A DNA stretch of 64,000 nt, from positions 75,330,001 through 75,394,000 of the forward strand of contig NC_043000.1 in assembly GCF_006345805.1 (NCBI RefSeq), in the 5' to 3' direction. Of this stretch, positions 34,990 through 46,278 are shown piece by piece. The notes under the pieces were generated by a model. The model saw only the letters and a list, made by a program, of their open reading frames with translations, was not told the origin of the DNA and ran no database searches. Every line of letters begins with the position of its first letter. The stretch's first letter is position 1. The stretch comes from Octopus sinensis. Lineage: Eukaryota. The translations under genes were made by a program, and so were the position numbers.

Positions 34990-37560
34990 TGTATAAATAG
35001 TAGAATTAGATTGACTTTGCAGGAAAAGCAGAAATGTAATTACAGAAAAGAATATGACACAGCAATGTAATTACAGAAAAGAATATGACACAGCAATGAC
35101 ATGACTGGCTCTAAGTGGAGGAATGGCTAAGAGCAAATCTCTGGGTTTGCGAGCTGCTTTTATACGAATGCGGGAATTTTTCAGAATGTTCCAGTAGCTC
35201 AAATTCTAGAAGCTTCCTAATGCATACGTAATAATTGACTACAATCAATGGAGCTCACTCACTGACTCTCCTGCAAAGGGAGCTAATTCTACGATTTACT
35301 ACATACCCTCAAAAAAAATGTATACATAATAAATACTTGGTTTGAAACATTGCAAAAAAAAAAATACAGAAAAGAAATAATCACAAGTTGAGATATAATA
35401 AATGTCTGTTGGTGTTTTGGGCCAATGTGCATGTCTACTGCTTCTGGTAGTTAAGGTATGTGAAGGTGAGTATGAAGGCTGTGTTTGTAAAACTGTGTGT
35501 GTCATCAGTAGTGAAGTGGAAATAGTTTTATCTGTGAAAACCCTTTTCAGTCTATCTATTGAAACATTGTCCTTGTGACTGTTAAGGTCCAACTTGAAAA
35601 TTTTATCTGTGTGTGAAAGGACACAGAAAGGTCTTGCATACAGTACCGTTAATGGATGTTTAACTGCATTGCTGTAAACAAAAACATGAGTCCAGGAGGT
35701 AAAGTCTAAATAAGATTTTATCTCTTGCTTGTATATATGGGTGATAAACTCGACATGTAACTATGTAAACATTCAATGAATACTGTAGTGTCAATATCTT
35801 GTGAGTCTGAAGGGACAGTCATTTGACCAGGCAGTGTCAAACAGGAACCATAAAGTAAATCAACAGGAGAGTAAAAGACCCAGGAGAACAATAGGAAGAA
35901 ATTCAATCCAACAAGACATATCAACAGAAGCACACAAGACAGTTTTTAACTGTCAGTGAAATCTCTCAGTCATACCATTTGAAGCTGGATGATAGCTGGT
36001 GGAATGGACATTTGGTTCCTAAGATGTTGGTAAGCTTCTGGTAAAGCTTAGCTTCAAATGTATACAGTCAGTAGTTATAGTCGCCGGTGTTCTAAAACAA
36101 GATATCCAACCCATGACTAAGGCTTGTGTTACTGTTTGGAGAAGAGATGTCTGTGAGTAGAATGACTTCTGGACAATGGGAGAAACAGTTAATACAAGTT
36201 AATAAAAATGTGTAGCCCTGACTCACAGGCCAGGGTCCTACAATATCAACATGTATGTGTTGGAAGTGTGCGTCCGGTGTAGAAAAGATACCCAACAGTG
36301 CATATATGTGTTTATGTAGATCATTGACAATCTACACAAGCAATGAATCCAAGTTACTATGTCTCATTGCATGTTCAGCTGAATGAAACGGGCTGAAATA
36401 AGTTTCAACGTTCCCACTATTTCAGGATGTGCAGTATTGTGTAGGGCTGCAAAAACAGTGCAGTGATGCTTTAATGGAACTAAAGCATGCAGTTTACCCG
36501 ATGAAATATCACAAAGGATCTGCTTGTTAGATGTTGATATTGGGAAGAATTGAAGGTCGAAAGGAACTAATTCTGGCTGTTTTGTATTATTCAAATCGAC
36601 AAGTGTTTGATCTTCAGACATTTTGTCCAAACCAATTAACGGGTTAACAGGTTACTGAGATAGTGAATCTGCAGTGATGTTCTCTGAGCCAGGAAGGTGT
36701 TGAATATCACTAGTAAATTGTGAAATGTAATCCAAATGTTGGATGTCTCAAGGCAAAAATTTATCTGGCTTGCAGTGCAAAGTGAAAGACAATGGGTTGT
36801 AGTCCATAAAAATCGTGAAGTTTCTTTCTTCCAAGATATGCTGGAAGTGTTTAACAGAGAGGTAGATAGCTAACAATTCATGACTGAATGTGCTATATTT
36901 TGTTTCAGCTGCTTTTAACTGCTTTGAATAAAATTCCAGAGGTTGCCATTCACCATGGTGAAGCTGTTGTATCACTACGCTAACACCAATTTCAGACTCA
37001 TTGACTACCAAAGAGAGTTTAACATCAGGGATGGGGTGAGCCAACATGGAGACATGAGAGAGCTTCTGTTTAGCATCATCGAAAGCCTGTAGTTGGGCAG
37101 GAGTTAAATTGATAATTTCAGTTTTCTTTTTGCAGTATCACAGCAATTTGGTGAGAGGGTATAGAGTCTTGGCACAATGAGGTATAAAGTGCCATAAAAA
37201 TTTGCCAACCCTAGAAAATGCCAGAGCTGTTGTAACGAAGTAGGAACCTGAATTTTTACAATGGCCACCACTTTTTCAGGTAAAGGCCTAATTCCGTCGT
37301 TGTCAATGGTGTGTCCAAGGAAAATGAGAGAAAACACACTGAAATCACACTTGGCACCATTGATGTATACACAGCATTGCAACAGCTTTGCAAAGAGTTG
37401 CTTCAAATGAATTTCATGTTGTGCAGCAGAAGAACTAGCAATGAGAAGATCATCAATGTAAGCATAAACGAAATCCAGTCCACGAATAACCTCATCTATG
37501 AAACATTGGAAAGTGCTAGCCACATTTCTGGGACCAAACAGCATGGTCAGGAATTTAAAA
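34990..37560 (-). mobile_element. Old Gypsy LTR retrotransposon remnant (RT-RH-IN plus 3' LTR at about 34990-35303)
   Basis: FGPRNVASTFQ, YAYIDD, RH LEFYSKQL..ELLAIY, IN HIHVDIVGP; purine tract then TGTAGT; TATA-like tataaaagc. Confidence 0.85.
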
Positions 37561-37937
37561 TGATCCAGTTCTTCTAGCTATTTTAGGAATATCATCCGGG
37601 TTAATTGGAATCTGATGGTAAGCTCAAATGAGATCTATTTTCAAGAAAATGGTGCAGCCATGCAGAAAAGATGTAAAATCCTGTAAATGAGCTATAGCTT
37701 AAAGGTAGAGCTCTGTGATACGTAATCACATGGGTGTGAATTTGAGTCCCATGGCTGGCCGCCGACACAACTTTTTCTGTAAAATATGGGCAGTTTATCC
37801 TGTTTATGCTATATTATTAGCATTGTCCTAGATTTGAGAATAAAAATTACTTCTTTAACTTTCTAGACATATCCACACTTCTAAAGCAAACTTTACTTAA
37901 TTTCATCATAATTTGAATTTAACATATATATACTTTT

Positions 37938-38315
37938 TTACTCTGTTACTTGTTTCAGTCATTTGACTGTGGCCATGCTGGAGCACCGCCTTTTTTAGTC
38001 GAGCAGATCAACCCCAAGACTTATTCTTTGGAATCCTAGTACTTATTCTATCGGTTTCTTTTGCCAAACTGCTAAGTTATGGGGATGTAAACACACCAGC
38101 ATCAGTTGTGAAGTAATGATGGCAAGACAAACACAGACACACAAACATATACACACACACACTACGGACTTCTTTCAGTTTCCATCTACTAAATCTACTC
38201 ACAAGGCTTTGGTAGGCCCAAGGCTATAATAGAAGACACTTGTCCAAGATGCCACGCAATGAGACTGAACCTGGGACCATGTTTCTTGTAAGCAAGCTAC
38301 CACACAGCTACTCCT
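37938..38315 (-). mobile_element. tRNA-derived SINE, same family as 14131
   Basis: Colinear similarity to 14131-14496. Confidence 0.85.
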
Positions 38316-38344
38316 ATATATATATGTCTATAGGTGTATATATA

Positions 38345-38383
<39 letters not shown>

Positions 38384-38427
38384 GTTAGAAGTATTGGGGG
38401 TGATGTACAGATTTAATATATATGAAA

Positions 38428-38786
38428 GAAAAAAATTTATTTACATATCACATTATTTCTTCTTATTAGCGCTTTCAACTACTGTAGTTTCATCAGAAAT
38501 GTCAGTTTGTAAAGTTTTGCCTGTATTTATATTATTGGTAAATGAAGTGGGGAGAGAGAGAGTGTGTGTGTGTATATATAATGGGGAATAGAGGGAGGGA
38601 GAAGATGAAAGAGAGAGAATATGGGTGTGTGTGTTTTAAAACTGTATTTTTTCTTTCTTTTTTTTTTTGGTCTTTTTGTATTTTTGGGATGACCCTTGGA
38701 AGAAATGGAAAGAGAGAAGGAAAAAGAGGGTTTGTTTTTCAATAGGAGTGTTGCTATGTACACCCACACATGTATCCTTACATATA

Positions 38787-38819
<33 letters not shown>

Positions 38820-39219
38820 CGGGAAGCTTTATGAAAATAGACAAAAGACGAAGGCAGGTGGAAAACAAACGAACAATTGTATTAGTATGGCGCTCAGGAA
38901 ACACAGAGAGAAAAAAAACACAGAAAGAAGGAGAGAAAAAAAATGTGTGCAGTAGCTAACGAATCAGGATATATATATATATATATATATATCCACACAC
39001 ACTCACATATATATACACATATGGAGGAACCTATTGTGTGTGTACATTTTCATAAACATTCATACATACATGTACTGTGTGTTCTTGAAAATGATCCAGT
39101 TGACAGAAAGGGAAAAAAATAAAATATAAAAATAAAAGTATAAGAAAATATTGCTTCCATTCTTTACTTGGCACTCCTTGGGTTTCTAAAAGAACAGGTG
39201 TTTGACCATTCAATGTTTG

Positions 39220-39263
<44 letters not shown>

Positions 39264-39308
39264 CTAAACACATATCAATATGTGTACATACATACACTCA
39301 CACACATG

Positions 39309-39350
<42 letters not shown>

Positions 39351-39570
39351 AAGACCCAAAAAAAGAGGAGAAAAATACAGTTTTAAAACACACACCCATA
39401 TTCTCTCTTTCACTTTCTCCCTCCCTCTATTCCCCAATATACACCCACACACACACTCTCTCTCTCTCATCTCCCTACTTCATTTACCAATAATATAAAT
39501 ACAGGCAAAACTTAAATAACTGACATTTGCTAATAAGAAGAAATAATATGTGATATGTAAATAAATATAT
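38428..39570. repeat. Inverted pair (~230-bp arms); left arm carries a hammerhead, right arm lacks its core
   Basis: 38428-38670 vs 39350-39570 are reverse complements. Confidence 0.8.
38462..38502 (-). ncRNA. Minimal hammerhead, canonical core, weak stem I
   Basis: CAUUU-CUGAUGA-AACUA-cag-UAGUU-GAA-AGCGCU-A-AUAAG. Confidence 0.65.
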
Positions 39571-40084
39571 ATATATTTCTCTTCCGGTTAATTTTTTACT
39601 TAAAAGGCAGCAACATGTGCTCTCTCATTCATTCACCTAGCAGCTATAATCCCGAGCACAGATAAGTTTGAATGCTTATTTTCACTTCTCGACCAATCAT
39701 ACATGTTTTTTATCTGTTGTTATTTATCTATCTAACTATTTTATCTAATTTCTCCATTTCTCCTCTATTAATTCTGCCTGACCAAGTCTCGCTCTCTCGT
39801 CTATATCAACCTTAGCGTATTCGCGGTGCACCCACCCTGCCCACCCCCACCACCAATACCGGATATCTCTATATTTTTGCTCCATCTATACCGGATGTCG
39901 CTTCTCCCACCACCATTATAGGTGTCTACTCTTCAAACCCTCCTCCTCAATACGCTATTTCACCATACATTACCCCTCTCTACGTTCTACTTGCCTAGAA
40001 CCTGTCATCATTTCTCTGAACCACCCCTCCCCACTGGTGCTCCCCTATATTTCTGCACCCCCCCCCCCACTGGTGCTCCCCTAT

Positions 40085-40415
40085 ATTTCTGCACCCCCCC
40101 ACATAAAAAGCACCATCCGAACATGACCGATGCCAGCACCGCCCCGACTGGCTTCTGTGCAGGTGGCACATAAAAAGCACCAACCGACCGTGGCCGATGC
40201 TAGACCCCTCTGGCACCTGTGCAGGTGGCACGTAAAAAGCACCCACTACACTCGCGGAGTGGTTGGCGTTAGGAAGGCCATCCAGCTGTAGAAACACTGC
40301 CAGACCAGACTGGAGCCTGGGGCAGCCCCTGGCTCCCCAGACTCCAGTCGAAACCGTCCAACCCGTGCTAGCGCGGAAAACGGACGTTAAACGATGATGA
40401 TGATGATGATGATGA
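40085..40415 (+). mobile_element. Solitary RTE 3' UTR/tail
   Basis: gtggcacgtaaaaagcacc..gttggcgttaggaagg..cggacgttaaacgatgatgat. Confidence 0.85.
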
Positions 40416-40835
40416 CAACCATCCAGCATTCTGAACACCTTTTTTCTTTCATCTGCCACAAAGGCATTTATTTCAAAATACGCCAGCTAAGATAAGTTAA
40501 ACTGTCTAAAGTCGTAAGACACCCGCTGTTTTTGTCCTGTTATTACTATTCTTGTTTTTTATTTTTGTTTTTTTGTATGTATATTTGTGTGGCATCGTCT
40601 GTTTTTCTGCTCTTGTTTTGATCCTTTTTCAAAGAAATCTAATGCTCGCAGCTTAGTTTTTCCTTGGGGCTGGCCGGATCGGAGCGATATCAGGATTAAT
40701 CAGCTGAAATTGCTAGGATGATCCAGTTCCTGACTGAAGATTAGAGGCTTCGAATGACCCCGTCCGTTTTTTGTGTCGTCTCTTTGTGTGTTTTGCGTTC
40801 TTGTCCCATTTTGCATTTTTATATATAATTTTTAT

Positions 40836-40896
<61 letters not shown>

Positions 40897-41104
40897 GATA
40901 TATATATATATATGTATATATATATGTATATATGTATATATATATGTATATATGTATATATATATGTATATATGTATATATATATGTATATATATATATA
41001 TATATATGTATAAAATATTATTTGAGACAAAACCACTATTTTGCAAAACAAACAAGGAAAGACTTAATCAATACATAAAATTTAATAAATAGTCAAAAAA
41101 AACG

Positions 41105-41147
41105 CCACTACAATCGTTTCTTGTCTTGATCGACAATCTTCAGGTGG
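41105..41147 (-). ncRNA. Minimal type I hammerhead, canonical core
   Basis: CCAC-CUGAAGA-UUGUC-gaucaa-GACAA-GAA-ACGAUUGU-A-GUGG. Confidence 0.85.
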
Positions 41148-41269
41148 ACTTCCAATCTAAAAAATCAAAATTTTAAAATATAAAAATAATACTTTTAAAT
41201 AATTAAAGTATAAATGAAAAAATATAAGTATATAATCCATATATAACCTATATATAATCCATATCTAAA

Positions 41270-42320
41270 ATATAGACTAATTACCACGAATTCCCTAAAA
41301 AAACCATGATAAAACAAAACTCTTAAAAACATATAACGATAAAATCTCCCTTTGCTAAACTCTATAACAAACCTATAAAGTAAACCCCCTAACCTAAACA
41401 TTCACACACAAAAACACACACGTAAACCACAGACTCACGACTTATACACATACCTATACTAACTTATAAACCTCAATATACACCAAAACCCACTCCCTCC
41501 CCACACAGACAAATTAACATATACATCCCAAAACCTAAATAACAAACCCATATACACATTCACACACAAAACACACACTCACACGCAAAACACTCACACA
41601 CAAAAGATACATATACTCCCTCACATATACGCCTATACATACTCACTAAACTCGACATATACAACAATACTTACACACCCACAAAAAACATTATATACAT
41701 TTATGAGCTTTAACTCACCTTAGCATCTCTAACAAACAACTTGCAGTAACCCAATCCCATTCTCTATGCCTACCTCACTACTACACTATTCCATTCACAT
41801 TCCAAGCAACGCTAGTCCACCACCCGTTATTCACGTGGCAAAACGAACACCACTCAAAAATTATGAATGAAACAATGTAAAAAAATAACCAACACCTAAA
41901 ATAGACAAAATACCACGAATTACCTAAAAAAACCATGATAAACCAAAACTCATAAAAGCATATAACGATAAAATCTCCCTTTGCTAAACCCTATAACAAA
42001 CTTATATAGCAATCCCCCTAACCTAAACATTCACACACAAAAAACCCACACGTAAACCACAGACCCAAGACTTATACACAAACCTATACTAACTTATAAA
42101 CCTCAATATACACCAAAACCCACTCCCTCCCCACACAGACAAATTAACACATACATCCCAAATCCTAAATAACAAACCCAAATACACATTCACACACAAA
42201 CACACCACACACGCAAAACACACACACACACAACAGATACATATGCTCCCTCACATATACGCATATACATACTCACTAAAACTCGATATATACAACAATA
42301 TTTACACCCACACTCATACA
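41270..42320. repeat. Two ~430-bp direct copies of an extremely G-poor sequence
   Basis: 41270-41700 vs 41900-42320, roughly 90% identical by eye. Confidence 0.8.
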
Positions 42321-42717
42321 GATAAATAAATTAATTATACAATTAAAAACTCACAACCAATCTCATATACATAAACACTCTTATGAAAACAACAATAAAT
42401 ACATCGTAATTAACCAGAATATCAAAAATAACATTATGACATAAGGATAAATCAAATACATACTTACAATTCAGTTACAAATTATGAAGTGAAATTAGAT
42501 TCTTAGCCGTTAAAAAACCAAACAAAATTACGTTACCATGGAAATAACTAATGTAAAAAAAGAATACGCGCCATAGAAAGTAAACGTCATTCATAGTATG
42601 AATGGAGAAATATAATAAATGGAACTAAAAACTATTTCCACGTAGCAAACCAACGCTACTTAAAAAAAATTTATTATGAATGGATTCTTTAAAAACTATC
42701 ATGAAAAATCAATTAAA

Positions 42718-43006
42718 TATATATGTATATATATATATATGTATGTATATATATATGTATATATATAATATATATGTATGTATATATGTATATATATATG
42801 TATATATGTATATATATATATGTATATATGTATATATATATATGTATATATATACATATATATATAACATATATATATATATATATATACATATAATATA
42901 TATATATACATATATATATACATATATACATATATATATATACATATATATACATATATATATATACATATATATATCATATATATATATATATATATAT
43001 AATATA

Positions 43007-43039
<33 letters not shown>

Positions 43040-43388
43040 ATATGTATATATATATATGTATATATATATATGTATATATATATATGTATATGTATATATA
43101 TGTATATATTGTATATATATGTATATATATATGTATATATGTATATATATGTATATTTGTATATATATATGTATATTTGTATATATATATGTATATTGTA
43201 TATATATATGTATGTATATTTGTATATATGTATGTATATTTGTATATATGTATGTATATTGTATATATGTATGTATATTTGTATATATGTATGTATATTT
43301 GTATATATGTATGTATATATGTGTGTATATTTATATATATATATGTGTGTATATTTATATATATATATATGTATGTATATTTATATAT

Positions 43389-43420
<32 letters not shown>

Positions 43421-43517
43421 TGTATATTTATATATATATATGTATGTATATATGTATATATATATATGTATATATGTATATATGTATATATGTATATATG
43501 TATATATATGTATATAT
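42718..43517. repeat. Compound (TA)/(TATG) microsatellite; similar tracts at 32415-32650, 33115-33478, 34760-34945, 40845-41010, 43870-44025, 44295-44550
   Basis: Directly visible. Confidence 0.98.
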
Positions 43518-43868
43518 GTGGTGCCAAAGGTCCCGTCTTCCACATCCAGGGTAAGGAGCAGATACTGTAATAGCCTGGGGTTCAGGGGCCCTCAGCTGTT
43601 CAACAAACTGCCAAGAAAACTAAGAGATCTACATGATGCGGATGTGGACATTTTCAAAAAACATCTAGACAAGCTGCTTTCCGGGATCCCAGATGAACCC
43701 ACTGCAAGGTACGAAGGTAACCTAAGGGCAGCAGCTACAAACTCTCTCTTAGATCAGTGGCCAGCCACGGCAAACTGGACTTAGAGAGGGTAGCAACAAG
43801 GGCGGTGCCCCAGCATGGCCTCAGCCGGATGGCTGAAACAAGTAAAAGAGTAAAAGAGTAAAAGAGAA
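43518..43868 (+). mobile_element. CR1-like LINE 3' end with (GTAAAAGA)n tail
   Basis: [31 protein letters not shown], then gctgaaacaagtaaaagagtaaaagag. Confidence 0.85.
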
Positions 43869-43887
43869 TATGTGTATATATATATAT

Positions 43888-43927
<40 letters not shown>

Positions 43928-43968
43928 GTATGTATATATATATATGTATGTATATATATATATGTATG

Positions 43969-44017
<49 letters not shown>

Positions 44018-44320
44018 GTATATAAGTTTCGGTAAGATAGAATTATTTAATATTTAATATTTAATTCTTATGCTTTCCTAAAAACTTGATTTCGAAACGT
44101 ACGTCCGTAGATAACTTAAAAATGTATGATAGATTGCAGTCAATTCATTCTCTCTTACCTGTTTGTGTCTGCCTTCCAATTGCTGTTTTTACTGAGATCT
44201 CCCTTTTTAGTAGAAGAAATAGCTATAACCCTTTGACTGCTATTTCTAAATTCGGTATGTGGTAAGGCAATTCGTTGCTAAACCCTTTATTGCTTTGTAT
44301 ATATATATATATAATATATG

Positions 44321-44352
<32 letters not shown>

Positions 44353-44419
44353 GTATATATATATATATATGTATGTATATATATATATATGTTATATATA
44401 TATATATATATATATATTA

Positions 44420-44450
<31 letters not shown>

Positions 44451-44456
44451 CATATG

Positions 44457-44493
<37 letters not shown>

Positions 44494-44549
44494 CATATGT
44501 ATATACATATGTATATATATATGTATATACATATGTATATATATATATG

Positions 44550-45135
44550 TATCATCATCATCATCATCATCATTTAACGTCCGCTTTCCATGCTAGCATG
44601 GGTTGGACGGTTCAACTGGGGTCTGGGGAGCCCGAAAGCTGCACCAGTCCAGTCAGATCTGGCAGTGTTTCTACAGCTGGATGCCCTTCCTAACGCCAAC
44701 CACTCCGAGAGTGTAGTGGGTGATTTTATGTGCCACCGACACAGGTGCCAGACGAGGCTGACAAAACGGCCACGCTCGGATGGTGTTTTTATGTGCCACC
44801 GACACAGGTGCCAGACGAGGCTGGCAGACGGCCACGCTCGGATGGTGTTTTTATGTGCCACCGACACAGGTGCCAGACGAGGCTGGCAGACGGCCACGCT
44901 CGGATGGTGTTTTTATGTGCCACCGACACAGGTGCCAGACGAGGCTGGCAGACGGCCACGCTCGGATGGTGTTTTTATGTGCCACCGACACAGGTGCCAG
45001 ATGAGGCTGGCAAACGGCCACGATCGGATGGTGCTTGTTACGTGCCCACAGCACGGAGGCCAGTCGATGCGGTACTGGCTACGGCCACGTTCGGATGGTT
45101 TTCTTATGTGCCACGTGCCACCGGCACTGGTACCA
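44550..45135 (-). mobile_element. RTE 3' UTR with five tandem 62-bp units (44729-45040)
   Basis: tgtgccaccgacacaggtgccagacgaggctggcagacggccacgctcggatggtgttttta repeated. Confidence 0.9.
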
Positions 45136-45904
45136 TATGTATGTATATACATATGTATATATATATATATGTATGTATATACATATGTATATATATATGT
45201 ATGTATATACATATGTATATATATATATGTATGTATATACATATGTATATATATATATGTATGTATATACATATGTATATATATATATATGTATATAAGA
45301 TCAGCAACAATTTAGATTCAAATGAATATGGTACTTAATTTAGATGCACCAGAATTTTGTATGGTGTTACCCATAAAAATATGTGGGGTGATTATAATAA
45401 AATAATAAGCAACAAGAATTCATTCTTCTTGCTTCAAAAGCTAGGGGAGGGGCAGCGAATGCAGCCATCAACCAACAACAACAACAAAAGAAAGAATGCT
45501 ACACACACACAGTGTTGCTTAATCAAGCAATTTCTTTTTTAACTAAAGCATTCAACAACAAAGGTTAACAAACACAATACAGAGTTCGATTTTTCAAAAC
45601 AAATCATTTAACACTTAACACAATACAGAGTACGTTCCCCGTTTTTTAAACTCATTTAACTGTCTCTTTCTTTTCTCTTCTTTTCTTTTATGAAACAGTC
45701 AACAACACTTTTTTCTTTTCTTACTTTTTCTTCTAACACAGAAAGTTCATTCTCAAAGATTTCTTTTCTTTTCTTTTCAACAGCCTTTCTCTTTTTTTTT
45801 TAAACATTTACAAGTTCCTTTTTTTTTTCCTTTTCTTTTCAACAGTTTACGTCACAGAGTCTTTTTTTTTTTTACTTAAGTTAAAGGCACCAGAATTTAG
45901 TGTG

Positions 45905-46153
45905 TGTTACACATTCATATCTATGTGTATACGTGTGTAGAATACATCCCCACTTTGGCACTATTTGTTAGTGAACAGTACGAACTGTGTTTTAAAGTAA
46001 ACAGTATTACTACGCCGTGTCTAACGATATATAGGTGTCGCTGCGCTGAAAGTAGCGCAGTTCGTCTAACATGGAAAAGTACATAACACGTAAAAGAATA
46101 ACTATGCTTCGTATAGAGTTGTCTATCCCACCAGACTGAAACTACACATAACA
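45905..46153 (+). repeat. 5' LTR
   Basis: Matches 51140-51388. Confidence 0.97.
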
Positions 46154-46171
46154 TGGTGGCAGCGGTGGGAT
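46154..46171 (+). promoter_or_regulatory. Primer-binding site complementary to the tRNA-Leu 3' end
   Basis: TGGTGGCAGCGGTGGGAT immediately after the LTR's CA. Confidence 0.9.
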
Positions 46172-46278
46172 AATTAATTGGAAACTGTGCCTTAACAACG
46201 AAACAGAAACACAACGAACCAGAAATTAACAAACAAAACATCGCTTCGTCTTCGGACACACATACACGAGAATCCAAA

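Noticed and set aside
44729-45040. CRISPR-like regular repeats
   Set aside because: Contiguous tandem units without unique spacers, inside a LINE UTR, in eukaryotic DNA.
45340-45895. TGGTGC on the minus strand as the PBS of a second LTR element
   Set aside because: Both occurrences are part of a ~75-bp direct repeat; no LTR pair or coding region.
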